Virus record (IMG/VR): IMGVR_UViG_3300028048_000061
Location: 1 to 64,000 of that record
Reading direction: 5' to 3' (one strand)
Length of the DNA: 64,000 nt
Origin: a virus
The notes under the pieces are model-generated. The model saw nothing but the letters and a program-made list of their open reading frames with translations. It made no database searches and had not been told where the DNA came from. This document shows positions 16,026 through 26,616 of the stretch, in pieces (position 1 is the first letter of the stretch; every line of letters begins with the position of its first letter). The position numbers and the translations under genes were made by a program.

Positions 16026-16796
16026 ATGAATCAAATTATTAAAACAATGTGTGAAATATTAGGAGACCATCAATTAGAAGGCGGTTATTTATTCCCATAT
16101 ACAGAAAAGCCAATTCCTATTCTTTTAAATAAAGATAAAACAACTTCATATCCTGAAATCCGATTATCTACGTTCATTCAAAATTCTGATTATTATACAG
16201 AAAGATATAGAGAAAAAACATTAAGAGACTATCGAGAATGGAAAACTGCTAAATTTCAAGTTGATATATTCTCGCAAGACCTTGCAGAGGTTAATAACAT
16301 CTATTTAGAGTTAAGAGACCGTATCTATGATTTTTTCAATTTAGAAGTTTTAACACATAGCTATAACCGACATTTTATAAAACAAAATGATAATTTATAT
16401 AAAAATATCGCTTATGCTTTAAATAGTGATTTCTTTGTTGATATTTATCATATTGAGGTTTGTAATAAACCTCTTTTGCGGGTATTTTCTCTTAATAATC
16501 TCGTTGATGAGTCCTTCTTTATTGATAATGAAGCGTTATATATTCAAACATCAGGTGATATTAGGACGGTTAAGGTAACTATGATTACTCAGGGCCGTTT
16601 ATTTGATGATAAAACATCTCCATCTAATCGTGGTATAGCATTTCATGAAATTGGTGACCCTCGTAATCTAAGCGAACTTGAATCTAATGAGGTTGAGCGT
16701 ATTTCTTTTGATATTTATATCTTATTTGCAGCTAAGCGTACCCGAGATAAATTACCAGACGTTGATATGCTACGTATTAAGGATAAAACAAAGTGA
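16026..16796 (+). CDS. Putative tail terminator
   Basis: Position before the sheath; FQVDIFSQD pattern. Confidence 0.5.
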   Translation: MNQIIKTMCEILGDHQLEGGYLFPYTEKPIPILLNKDKTTSYPEIRLSTFIQNSDYYTERYREKTLRDYREWKTAKFQVDIFSQDLAEVNNIYLELRDRIYDFFNLEVLTHSYNRHFIKQNDNLYKNIAYALNSDFFVDIYHIEVCNKPLLRVFSLNNLVDESFFIDNEALYIQTSGDIRTVKVTMITQGRLFDDKTSPSNRGIAFHEIGDPRNLSELESNEVERISFDIYILFAAKRTRDKLPDVDMLRIKDKTK

Positions 16797-16801
16797 TTTT
16801 T

Positions 16802-17035
16802 ATGGCAGAAAAGAAAAAAACAACAAAAGCTAAATCTACTAAAAAAGCTAGTTCTTTACTTCCTGTTAAAGAAGAAAAAGAGCAACCTAAAGAAGAGGTT
16901 TACTCTTTTCAAGAATTAGCTGATATGTTTGGAATAAGTGCAATGAAAGTCAGGGCATATTTCAATATGTCACAGTTAGATTATAGTGAAAAAATAACGA
17001 TTAAAAAAGCAAGAGAATTATTTAAAAAATTTTAG
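16802..17035 (+). CDS. Small hypothetical protein (possible HTH: SFQELADMFGISAMKV)
   Basis: RBS; Lys-rich N-terminus; HTH-like stretch. Confidence 0.55.
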   Translation: MAEKKKTTKAKSTKKASSLLPVKEEKEQPKEEVYSFQELADMFGISAMKVRAYFNMSQLDYSEKITIKKARELFKKF

Positions 17036-17046
17036 GAGATTAAAAT

Positions 17047-18858
17047 ATGAGTTCACATCCGGGTAAATCATATCCAACATTTCAACTAAAAATTAGTGAA
17101 GAACCTATTTACACTAATGCATCCAGAGAAAGATTGTTTGGTTATGCTATCGAGGCTCCAAAAGGGCCAATTAATGAACCTACATATATTGCTTCTAATG
17201 AAGAAGCAATTCAAATTTTTGGTATTGATTTTGCACCTCATTTTTACCAAAAAGCCGGTGGGTTAATTATTACAAGAATAGGTCTTCCAAATGCTACATC
17301 AGCATCAATTACATACTGTGTGCACACAACAACCACCACTACTACTCCGCCAGCTCAGGAAGGCGAAGAAGCAACCGTCAATACAACTCATACTTATGCA
17401 GAAGCATTTACTGTCACTTCTGTTGATAAGGGAGAATCTGACATCAAAGTAAAAGTTATTGAATCTCTTGGTGTAACAGGAGGATACACTCTTATCGTAG
17501 ATATTCCAGATGTTACAAGTAGAACATTTAATAATTTAGCAACAATTCGTGATATAGTAAAAACCATTAATAATAAGTTTGCAGCATATTTAAAAGCAGA
17601 GCAAAAAGTAGACCCTAATACTGGTTTGCCAATTAATACAATCGGTTCAGACCAAGAACTCGTTGTATTAAAAGAAGGAAAGTCTGTTTCCGATAATAAC
17701 GCTGCTGATTTTACAACATTAGATAATAACGATGGTGTTCTACAAGGTGGTAGTTTTGGTAAATTATTCGACGCATCAAAAACTATTGCAGATATTGAAG
17801 CAGCACAGCAAACTGATGGTTCTTATGATAGTTCTGTATTAGGCAGAGAGATGACTGGATACAAATTATATAATGGATATACAGAAGATAATGCTGAAGC
17901 TGGTATTGTTAGCGACTTTGATAGCAATGACAAAGTTAAACAAGATATCACATTAACTGCAAGTGTTGTATACAAAAAAGCATTTGATTTGATGAAGGGC
18001 ATTAACTTATTAGGAGTTGCTACCTTATCAGAATTAGATGTTGTACAAACAGCGTTACATGACCATATCGAAGAATGTCTTGACCCAGAAACAAATATTC
18101 TTAGATTTGGAGTAACCGCTTTCTTAGATTACGAAAACCCAAAGAAAGCCACATTCACGATAGAAGACGTTCAAGCACCAGCAATTTTATTAGATTCTGA
18201 ATACTTTATCTATATTGGACAAGGTGTTGTATTCAAACGTGATGACGGAATTTCATACAACTTACCACCTCATAAAGCAGTTATGCTTTATACAGGAATT
18301 AGAAGTGCATTAACTTATGACACAGCAATCTTTGGTGGAGAAGATAAAAAGATTCTTAATGGAGTAGTTGACGTTCTTCCTATTGTTCCGGGTCTTACAT
18401 TATACAGAGCAGATAGAGAAGAAATTAATGAAAATGGAATTACTACATTCAAAAAAGAATATGACCGCATCACATTCTTAGAAGGGGTAACCACCACCCA
18501 AGAATCCGATGTATTATCATACGAAAACATTATGTCTATTGTCATTTATATTACAAAACGTCTTGTTAGAGTAGCAAAGGCATATCAAGGTAAAAAAATG
18601 ACAGAAGATTTAAAAGAATCTCTAAAAACAGCTCTTACAACTGAACTTAGAACTATTCAACAAACAGATGGTTGTTTAATTGCAATCAAGAATGATGATT
18701 ATGATATTCCTCCATATGATGTTGTTGTTGAATCCGCAGCATTAGTAAAATTCAACGAAGAAGGAGAATTAATTAGACAATCTAAAGTTGTTGCAAAGGT
18801 TAAAATCGTACCAGTCGGAGCACTTAGAGATATCGACTTAGGAGTTATAGTAATATAA
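17047..18858 (+). CDS. Contractile tail sheath protein
   Basis: N-terminal KGPINEPTYIAS..FG; C-terminal sheath pattern EINENGI..EGVTT..VKIVPVGALRDIDLGVIV. Confidence 0.88.
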   Translation: MSSHPGKSYPTFQLKISEEPIYTNASRERLFGYAIEAPKGPINEPTYIASNEEAIQIFGIDFAPHFYQKAGGLIITRIGLPNATSASITYCVHTTTTTTTPPAQEGEEATVNTTHTYAEAFTVTSVDKGESDIKVKVIESLGVTGGYTLIVDIPDVTSRTFNNLATIRDIVKTINNKFAAYLKAEQKVDPNTGLPINTIGSDQELVVLKEGKSVSDNNAADFTTLDNNDGVLQGGSFGKLFDASKTIADIEAAQQTDGSYDSSVLGREMTGYKLYNGYTEDNAEAGIVSDFDSNDKVKQDITLTASVVYKKAFDLMKGINLLGVATLSELDVVQTALHDHIEECLDPETNILRFGVTAFLDYENPKKATFTIEDVQAPAILLDSEYFIYIGQGVVFKRDDGISYNLPPHKAVMLYTGIRSALTYDTAIFGGEDKKILNGVVDVLPIVPGLTLYRADREEINENGITTFKKEYDRITFLEGVTTTQESDVLSYENIMSIVIYITKRLVRVAKAYQGKKMTEDLKESLKTALTTELRTIQQTDGCLIAIKNDDYDIPPYDVVVESAALVKFNEEGELIRQSKVVAKVKIVPVGALRDIDLGVIVI

Positions 18859-18875
18859 GATTAGGAGGCTAAAAC

Positions 18876-19331
18876 ATGGCAAACGAAGACGCAACTAAAA
18901 TATGGACCAACGGTTATATCGTATTAGGAACAAGCACAAGAATCCCTGTACAAGAAGTCTCCATTGATTTATCAAGAGATTTAAAAGAACACTATAATTC
19001 TGGTGTATCAAAACCATCAGCACTCGTACCGGGGCAAGAAAAAATTGAATTCAAAATTAAAAGAATCTTTTCAAACACAACATTAATGCAAATTTATTTG
19101 AATAGATGTTCTTTTAACATGATTTTATTCAACAATTCAAGTAATCCGGGAGATAATACCCAAGGTGAATCTGTTTGCTCATTAACAGGTTGTATCCTTG
19201 ATAAAAACAGTATAAGCCTCGGAGGAAGCGGGGATCCCGTGCAAGAGGACGTATCAGGTAAGGCATTAGATATTACGTTCAATTTAACTGAAATAGCATC
19301 GATGGTTAACGCAGCTTGTAACAATTTGTAA
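18876..19331 (+). CDS. Tail tube protein
   Basis: 151 aa directly after the sheath; beta-rich. Confidence 0.8.
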   Translation: MANEDATKIWTNGYIVLGTSTRIPVQEVSIDLSRDLKEHYNSGVSKPSALVPGQEKIEFKIKRIFSNTTLMQIYLNRCSFNMILFNNSSNPGDNTQGESVCSLTGCILDKNSISLGGSGDPVQEDVSGKALDITFNLTEIASMVNAACNNL

Positions 19332-19342
19332 TTAAAGCAATA

Positions 19343-19957
19343 TTATTGCTTTAATTCTTTTTTTATTTTTTCTAATTTTTTTTCTAATTTTTGTTTATTA
19401 ATTGACCTTTCAATAATTTTTGTATTATATTTTATCCCATAGACTTGTTTTCCTCGTTTAAATCCTTTTTTGATAATACGAGGCTCTTTTTTAAAATTAT
19501 GATGAAGCTCTTTGGTTTTGTTATACATAGGATTTGATGCCCCTTTGTGAATGCTCCTTTTTTTCATCGTATTAGATATTTTTTGTTTTGTTTCTATTGA
19601 TAATACTTTACCTTGATTGATTTTGCTTAACTTATCTTTTTGTTTATCACTCATTTTATATCCTGATATGCCTTCTCCACCATTTGTAAAATTAAAACAA
19701 GGATTATATTTTTTAATAAAATAAATTTCTAATTGATTTAAGTGATTATCTGAGCAATCATCTTTACTAAATAAAACCTTATATTGATATCTATCACGAT
19801 TATTTTGTATTACACGATTTATTACTTGTCGATTATAATTATATCGTAATTGGTGGTCATATCGTCTTTTATGCTTATCGATATTCGAATCTTTACCAAT
19901 ATACACAATTTTATCATTATATTGTGTATCCACATAACAATAAATTCCTTTTGTCAT
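19343..19957 (-). CDS. GIY-YIG homing endonuclease (antisense insertion), NUMOD3-like region
   Basis: MTKGIYCYVD..VYIGKDSNID..FNFTNGGEG; SDKQKDKLS / SIETKQKIS repeats. Confidence 0.9.
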   Translation of the reverse strand: MTKGIYCYVDTQYNDKIVYIGKDSNIDKHKRRYDHQLRYNYNRQVINRVIQNNRDRYQYKVLFSKDDCSDNHLNQLEIYFIKKYNPCFNFTNGGEGISGYKMSDKQKDKLSKINQGKVLSIETKQKISNTMKKRSIHKGASNPMYNKTKELHHNFKKEPRIIKKGFKRGKQVYGIKYNTKIIERSINKQKLEKKLEKIKKELKQ

Positions 19958-20028
19958 ATTATTATTTTTTGTCCTAACTAATATTTAAATATATCTCATT
20001 ATAAACATATAATATATTATAATAATAT

Positions 20029-20100
20029 AGCTCTATGGTGTAGCGGCAATCATAGCGGACTTTGGATTCGCCGATAGCCGTTCGACTCGGCTCGGAGCTA
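20029..20100 (+). tRNA. tRNA-Gln(TTG)
   Basis: AGCTCTA..GCGGA-CTTTGGA-TTCGC..AGCCG-TTCGACT-CGGCT-CGGAGCT-A; A1-U72 as in archaeal tRNA-Gln. Confidence 0.9.
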
Positions 20101-20129
20101 CTAATGTTCATATTAGCAGAGGTAATAAA

Positions 20130-20813
20130 ATGACAAAAGAAAATTATATAATTGAAAATGATAATTGGGACGAAGAAAAACCAATCAATAGAAAAACTGT
20201 TAAATTATCAAATTCTGATTTACCAGAAGGACTCGAGATTATTGAGACTAAAACATCAAATGAGCAAGTTTTAGAAGATATTCGAAAAGCAGCTCGTGAT
20301 GAAGGTATGGATACTGGAAATGATTATTTGGGAGGAGAAGATGCAACACCAGAAGAAGTTATAGCAGCATTAAGAAATGAGGCTATGCCAGAAGGAGCAG
20401 AAAAAGCGAAAGAAGAATATGAAGAGCGCAAAATCGAAGACCTTCGTAAAAGCGTTGCAACAAGAGATATGCTGTTTTCAAGATTGCAGAAAAAAATCCC
20501 AATTGAAGTTCCGATTATAGCTGATAATGGCGAAGAGGAAATATTGGTATTTTATGCTCGCAGATTATCTGATGCAGAGAATAATCATTTATTAAATCAT
20601 CATTTAATAGGTAGAGAGTTAAGTGATTTGACTACCGAAGAATATCAAGAATCTATGCAATTTAGAAGTAAAACTTTGGCTAGTGCTATTATAGAGCCAA
20701 AACTTACAGCGCAAGAATGGAGAAATGATGTAGATAACGCATTATCACTTGCTATTTTCGAAAAAGTACAAAAAATTATTGCTGAAGTAGATACAGCAAA
20801 AGACTTTCAATAA
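20130..20813 (+). CDS. Tail assembly chaperone
   Basis: Acidic protein between tube and tape measure; RBS gaggta. Confidence 0.65.
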   Translation: MTKENYIIENDNWDEEKPINRKTVKLSNSDLPEGLEIIETKTSNEQVLEDIRKAARDEGMDTGNDYLGGEDATPEEVIAALRNEAMPEGAEKAKEEYEERKIEDLRKSVATRDMLFSRLQKKIPIEVPIIADNGEEEILVFYARRLSDAENNHLLNHHLIGRELSDLTTEEYQESMQFRSKTLASAIIEPKLTAQEWRNDVDNALSLAIFEKVQKIIAEVDTAKDFQ

Positions 20814-20823
20814 TTATCATGAC

Positions 20824-21009
20824 ATGATTGAAAACAATAGGCAATTGCAATTGGACGGAGAATTATGCTTAATGTTACGAAGAACTCCAAGTGAAATTGC
20901 CTTGCTTGAAGAAACAGGAGAATTATCATATGATGAAAAAATGTTTCTTTACGCATTCCTACAATGGCGAATGGAATTTTGTTTAGAAAATAATGTTCAC
21001 TTATTTTAA
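20824..21009 (+). CDS. Small ORF following the chaperone (possible frameshift extension)
   Basis: LCLMLRRTPSEI pattern typical of post-chaperone ORFs; the frame is open back to 20791. Confidence 0.55.
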   Translation: MIENNRQLQLDGELCLMLRRTPSEIALLEETGELSYDEKMFLYAFLQWRMEFCLENNVHLF

Positions 21010-21053
21010 TTTTTATCCCTAAACAAGACATTTCGCAACTTTAGGTGACAGAA

Positions 21054-21114
21054 ATAGGGTATGAGTCGACCTGTTCGGGCTCAACATCTCGGCTCTAATC
21101 CCTATCTTTTTTTA
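21054..21114 (+). terminator. Long GC-rich hairpin followed by a T-tract
   Basis: ATAGGG/CCCTAT, GAGTCGA/TCGGCTC and TGTT/AACA nested stems, then a T-run and a second T-run. Confidence 0.6.
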
Positions 21115-21229
21115 TTACTCTTTTTTTTACGATTTAACTAATTTTTAAATATTTTTTTAGATATATTTATAATATATTAAAACAATGTTAATTTTATTAG
21201 ATAATTTTTATATTAATAGGTGAATGATA

Positions 21230-24200
21230 ATGAATGAACATGTCGGAGTTACGTTAGATGTTTTACCGGGAACTCTCGGTGGTATAACAGCCGCATTAGG
21301 TGGTTTTAACGAGTTAGTTGGTGCAACAAGTATGTTGACATCAGCAATAGCTAAGTCTACAAGTGCAGTAGACGCCATGATGCTCACTTTAGGTGTAGGT
21401 CTCGTAGGATTAGGCTATGAATCAGCAAAAGCATTTGGAGAAGTAGAACGCTCAATGAAAATCGTTCAGTCTGTAAGTGGACAGACTGCATCAGAAATTG
21501 GGGTATTAACACAAGCTGCTAATGATTTAAGCGTTAGATATAAAATGGGTATCGACGATATTACTGATGGTTTAACAACATTAGGTCGTGCTGGTTTATC
21601 ATCTGTAAACACTCAATTAGATACCATGAAAGCTGGTTTAGAAGCCGCCAAGATAACAGGGCTACAATTAGATGACGTATTAAACAAAATCGTTCAAACT
21701 ACAGCATTGTTAGGAGGAGATATTAACTCCTCATCATTCGGTTATCAATCACAAGAATTAACAAGTAAAATCTTGGCAACATCACAAACAGCACCTATTG
21801 ATATGAATGATGTTGTTCAAACATTATCATATTCTGGGGGTACCGCAGCTGCTGGTGGTATCAATATTCAAAATGAGGATGCATTATATGACTATCTTGG
21901 AACCATCGCTGCATTTGGTCAAAAAGGGGTATCAGGCTCTATGGCAGGTACAGCATTACGTGCATTCTTTACAAAACCTGCATCACAAACTAGTCAGGTT
22001 AATGACGCTCTTGGTCGATTAGGAATGAAGCCGGAAGACCTTTGGGAAGATGGTGGAAATAAGATTAGACCAGTATCTGAACAGATTGATTTGATTCAAA
22101 AACAGATGGATAAGCTTAAGATATCTCAAATAGACCAAATTGAGCTTTGGGGAAAGATTGTTAGTCCAAAAATGGGTCAACAGATGTTGAAATTGAATGC
22201 AGATTCTATACGTGATTTAACGGAGAAAATTAAACAGACAGATACCGCAGAGCAATTGGCTGAAAATACAATGCGAAATTTTATGTCTGATTTGAGCACT
22301 CTTGAACAACAAGGACAAAGAGAATGGCGTGAATATGGACAGGCCGCTGTAACATGGATAGGACCAGCAGTAAAAGGCATAAGCGGCTTAATGAATATTT
22401 TAGGAACAGATGTTGGTGGCTTTCCAATATTCCAACAATTTGTTAAAGGTGCTATTATTCTTGTTATTTCTAAGGTTATACAAAGCTTAGGTTCAGTATG
22501 GCGATTATTAAAGGGTATTGGAACAGAAATTAAAAGTCAATTACAAGGTTTTAGTCAAGTGAGACGAACCGAAGAACAGATAGAGGCCGATTTGATAAGA
22601 GAATATCAAACCATGGGCTTAACCGAAAAACAAATCAAAACTTTTGTTTCAGAAACACAAAAAATGCATTCTGGATTTAGCACTTCAAATAAAATATTAG
22701 GAGAATTTTTAGGAAAATTAAATCAAGCTGTTGCATTAATGGCTCGATTAGCAAGTTTATCACAAGTTAATTCTATGAAATCAATTGGGGTTATGACTGG
22801 AAAACAATATGATAGATTTTATAGTGGGTCTAATAAGGTTACATCAGCTTGGTATAACAACGAAAACAATGTGAATACAGGGCATTTGACTAAAACTGAT
22901 TTCGCGAAATTAAGTCTTAGACACGGTATCGACCAAGATAAATTAAGAGATATGTATTATGGTCGTGGTACATATGGGTCCTCATTCCAAAAATATGCTT
23001 TGCAGAACCAATTTAATGGTAATGCTGCGGATATGAGAAAAGGATTTATTACAGCGACTACATTAGAAAAATATTTACAAGAGAACAAAAAGGGTATGTA
23101 TGACCCAAAAAGCAATCCTATAATTGGAATTGTTGAACAGATTAAAGCAGATACAGGTCGAATGGCCTCCGTATCAGGTGTTTCATCTGATTCAGATACT
23201 ACTACTCCGGGTAAAGTCACAAATACCACATCAGTAACCGCTCAAAAAGCAGCTGAAGAGCAAAAAGGCGCTGAATTAGCAAAACAAGAAAATCAGCTTA
23301 AACAACAGCGTATAATGATGGAAAGAGCAGAAAATGAAGCCAAAACTTTAGAAGCTGAACTTGCTACAACAAATGCCGAATTGGAAATGACAGAGAATTA
23401 TCTCAAACAAAATGAAAACAATCAAGAAAGCAAAAATTATAGATATATGGTTTCTAAATCAGAGGGTTTGCGTAAAGCAATCACACAGATGGAAGCACAA
23501 ATGGCTGTGAATCAAATAATATTAGAGGCTTCAAATATTGAAGAAGGCATTGTAACGCAGCAAAATAAAGTTCAACAATTACAGTTACAATTTGATGAAT
23601 ATATATTAACATCTAAAAAAGCTATTATGAATGGAGACGATAATGTTCGTCAAAAACTTAATCGTCAAGGAGCAATTATAGAAGAACAATTAATGTTTGA
23701 GGAAGCGGTTTTATCTGGTCTTCAACGCATGGCAGCCGAGGCCGAATTAGTAGCAACATTTGAAGCAGGGGTTGGCTTTGCTGACCAATTAATACTTACT
23801 GAATTAGAAAGTAAACGAGTAGCCATACAAGAACAGGTATCTATATTACGAGCAGAAATAGGCAGTTATGACTCTCGATTAGGATTTGAGACTCAAATTA
23901 ATGCTTTAGAAGGTCAAATAAGAACATTATTAGCAGAAGATGCTGCTATTCAAAAAGAAATAAAACAATTAGATACTCAAATTAGAAATGCAAAACAAAG
24001 TGAATTAGCAAGTCAAAACGCCAAAAAAGGCTCTGGGACGGCTTCTGGAGGATTGTCATATGTTTATGGACAAGGTCTTCGTGGAAGAGGTGGTAAATTT
24101 TTCGAAACAAGAATTTATGACAAAGAATTTGGACCCCAACCAAAAGACACAAGTATAAATGGTTTATATAATGGTCAAAGAGGAGTTATCTATCCTAATA

Positions 24201-26581
24201 TGGACGCTAACTCTACAAAATCACACTTTAATTTTATAAGAAATAATGTATCATCTATAAAAAATAGCATAACAAGCGTTACAAATCCATTAAAATCAGG
24301 ATTGTCTCGAATTCTTAATCCAATTACTTCTCGTTTACCAAGTGGAAACACAGGATTTATCGGAGCCGCATCATCAACAATGAGCGCGAGTATGATGGGT
24401 ATGCGCAATTATGATGCCAACAAAGGATTTTGGAATAATTGGTTCTGGAATGCGGGCATGATGCAAATGGTCAATAAAGATGCTATTTCTAAAACTACGG
24501 CTAATATGGGAAAATTAGGCAAAGTTGCCGGAGTGGCTTCTGGGGCCCTTGGTTCATTAGGAATGATGTTTGGGCCTCTTGAAATAGCTATGCTAGGCCT
24601 CTCCATGATAATGCAAGGATTACAAGCGGCATATCAAAATTATCAAAAAGAATTAGAAGAGATTAATTCCGCTTTATCAGAAGCTCGTGAAAAGATTAAA
24701 GAAGCTGAAGAATCATTTTTATCAGCTTATGAAGAAGCAAATCCAAAAGCAACACAAGATGAAAAAGATGAGGCTTTATTGGACGCATATTCAGGAGAAA
24801 CTACCAACAAAGACGATGGTCTTCAAACATATCGAGATAAATTGTTTGGAACTGTTGCGGCAATTGAGGTTAATACTCGAAAAAAAGCGGACAAAGAGTT
24901 GCATCAAATTTGGGGTGAAAGTGGAGATTGGGAGCGTTATGTAGGAGCTGATATGAAGGCCGCCGGAGGCTGGATGAGCCTTGTTCCTGTTCTTGGACAA
25001 TTAGGAGCGCGTGATGCTAGATATTCCGGAGATACTTTCCAAGATTGGAGAGAGAACTTAAAAACCAGAAACCAAGACGCAAATATTTTAGGAACTCAAA
25101 GTGATTTTGAAGAAGATTGGCGAATTTCGGATACTGATTATTGGTTTTCCAATCAGCTTAATTCAGCCGAGTCTCTTGCAGGTGATATAGAAAAGAGTTT
25201 TGATATTTCAATTGAAAAATTAGATGGAACGCTAAATCATTATCCTGCGTGGATAGACCAAATGGAAGACAAATCAGATAATGCTAAATACGCTCGTACC
25301 ATTATGGCTGAGGGTATTGATTCAATGGGCCCAACAAAAGACCGCGCACATGAAGGTATTTGGGGAAGTGGTAGTTCGGCAGATTTAGCACAATTTTATA
25401 AAATGCAAAGCGAAGCTATGCAATTATCTCGTCGTGACAAAACAGTAATAATGAATGCTATCAATGATGAATCAGACTTTTTCAAGAAGATGCAAAAGTT
25501 ATACTTCAAAGACTCTAAAGATGGCAAACTTGTTGGTCGAGATAAAGATACAGAAGAGAAGATTCTTAAAGCAATTCAAAATCGTTTAGGCGGTATATCT
25601 CGCGCACAAGCAAGAATAGCGCTAACATTAGCTGCTGTTTCAGAAATTCAAAAAGTCGTTTCAGAGCAAGTACAACCAACGTTGATGTCTCATATGGAGG
25701 CCGCATGGCAGGGCGTCAGTATATCTGGAACAACCGAGGAAAAAGTTGGTGGAACATGGGGTACAACAGCCGCTGTACAACAAGGTGTTGCTGTCATATC
25801 AGCTCAAATGGCTCGTTTATTACAACAAAAAGCTATGGAACTAGGCTCAATGCAAGCGGAAATGGCTGGTATTGATATGAAAGATATTGATGAGCTTAGA
25901 CTTGCTTATCTAAAAAATCCAAATGTTCAAAGCATAACGACGGCTAGTGGAAATACATATGACGCTCAGCATATTAAAAATGCAGCAACTATATTCTCAG
26001 AAATGCAAACAAGCCCATATGAAGCAGTTGCGTTGCAAGCAGGACAAACCCCTGATAAAGCGGAAAAATGGGCCGAAGACAAAAAGAAAGAATTAGATAA
26101 AAATCAAGCTGATGCATTGGCTGTTTGGACTACACAAGCAAAAGGATTAGATTATAACCTTAGACCAATTATTACACAAGCATATCTTGACTCCATGAAG
26201 GATTCTGATGCAAAAGCAACAGGCGCCGCTGACTCAGGTAAAGATAAAAGCAAAGACAAAGACAAATCCAAAGACACATCAAACCGTAAAAATTGGGTCA
26301 ATCTTGCAATATGTAACAAAAAAGAGATTCCAAAACTCAATGTCAATCTATTCAAGAAACCACCTAACTTCACCATCTTGAACCGTAACTTCAAGTTACG
26401 TGACGTCAATGTAAACACGGCAGACGACGCAAAATCCATTCAAAATGCTGTTAAGAACAGTATTATTGAAATTCAAAATAGGTCTAATCCAAAAATTATT
26501 CAGGATGACGCAGCGGAATACGACCCAGTTAACGCAACGGAAGGAAATACTCTCCCAACAGGAACAAAGAAGACTGAGTAA
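21230..26581 (+). CDS. Tail tape measure protein
   Basis: About 1783 aa; TP901-type core (FGEVERSM..VQSVSG..GLTTLGRAG..QTAPIDMNDV..SGSMAGTALR); long coiled coils. Confidence 0.93.
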   Translation: MNEHVGVTLDVLPGTLGGITAALGGFNELVGATSMLTSAIAKSTSAVDAMMLTLGVGLVGLGYESAKAFGEVERSMKIVQSVSGQTASEIGVLTQAANDLSVRYKMGIDDITDGLTTLGRAGLSSVNTQLDTMKAGLEAAKITGLQLDDVLNKIVQTTALLGGDINSSSFGYQSQELTSKILATSQTAPIDMNDVVQTLSYSGGTAAAGGINIQNEDALYDYLGTIAAFGQKGVSGSMAGTALRAFFTKPASQTSQVNDALGRLGMKPEDLWEDGGNKIRPVSEQIDLIQKQMDKLKISQIDQIELWGKIVSPKMGQQMLKLNADSIRDLTEKIKQTDTAEQLAENTMRNFMSDLSTLEQQGQREWREYGQAAVTWIGPAVKGISGLMNILGTDVGGFPIFQQFVKGAIILVISKVIQSLGSVWRLLKGIGTEIKSQLQGFSQVRRTEEQIEADLIREYQTMGLTEKQIKTFVSETQKMHSGFSTSNKILGEFLGKLNQAVALMARLASLSQVNSMKSIGVMTGKQYDRFYSGSNKVTSAWYNNENNVNTGHLTKTDFAKLSLRHGIDQDKLRDMYYGRGTYGSSFQKYALQNQFNGNAADMRKGFITATTLEKYLQENKKGMYDPKSNPIIGIVEQIKADTGRMASVSGVSSDSDTTTPGKVTNTTSVTAQKAAEEQKGAELAKQENQLKQQRIMMERAENEAKTLEAELATTNAELEMTENYLKQNENNQESKNYRYMVSKSEGLRKAITQMEAQMAVNQIILEASNIEEGIVTQQNKVQQLQLQFDEYILTSKKAIMNGDDNVRQKLNRQGAIIEEQLMFEEAVLSGLQRMAAEAELVATFEAGVGFADQLILTELESKRVAIQEQVSILRAEIGSYDSRLGFETQINALEGQIRTLLAEDAAIQKEIKQLDTQIRNAKQSELASQNAKKGSGTASGGLSYVYGQGLRGRGGKFFETRIYDKEFGPQPKDTSINGLYNGQRGVIYPNMDANSTKSHFNFIRNNVSSIKNSITSVTNPLKSGLSRILNPITSRLPSGNTGFIGAASSTMSASMMGMRNYDANKGFWNNWFWNAGMMQMVNKDAISKTTANMGKLGKVAGVASGALGSLGMMFGPLEIAMLGLSMIMQGLQAAYQNYQKELEEINSALSEAREKIKEAEESFLSAYEEANPKATQDEKDEALLDAYSGETTNKDDGLQTYRDKLFGTVAAIEVNTRKKADKELHQIWGESGDWERYVGADMKAAGGWMSLVPVLGQLGARDARYSGDTFQDWRENLKTRNQDANILGTQSDFEEDWRISDTDYWFSNQLNSAESLAGDIEKSFDISIEKLDGTLNHYPAWIDQMEDKSDNAKYARTIMAEGIDSMGPTKDRAHEGIWGSGSSADLAQFYKMQSEAMQLSRRDKTVIMNAINDESDFFKKMQKLYFKDSKDGKLVGRDKDTEEKILKAIQNRLGGISRAQARIALTLAAVSEIQKVVSEQVQPTLMSHMEAAWQGVSISGTTEEKVGGTWGTTAAVQQGVAVISAQMARLLQQKAMELGSMQAEMAGIDMKDIDELRLAYLKNPNVQSITTASGNTYDAQHIKNAATIFSEMQTSPYEAVALQAGQTPDKAEKWAEDKKKELDKNQADALAVWTTQAKGLDYNLRPIITQAYLDSMKDSDAKATGAADSGKDKSKDKDKSKDTSNRKNWVNLAICNKKEIPKLNVNLFKKPPNFTILNRNFKLRDVNVNTADDAKSIQNAVKNSIIEIQNRSNPKIIQDDAAEYDPVNATEGNTLPTGTKKTE

Positions 26582-26616
26582 GTCTTCTTTTTTATATTTA
26601 TTCAGAGGTAATGATA

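Noticed and set aside
5459-20100. tRNA genes as prophage attachment sites
   Set aside because: No integrase and no duplicated tRNA 3' ends in the window; cannot be supported here.
21054-21105. H/ACA guide RNA or SECIS element
   Set aside because: No ACA after the hairpin, no K-turn, and no upstream in-frame TGA gene.
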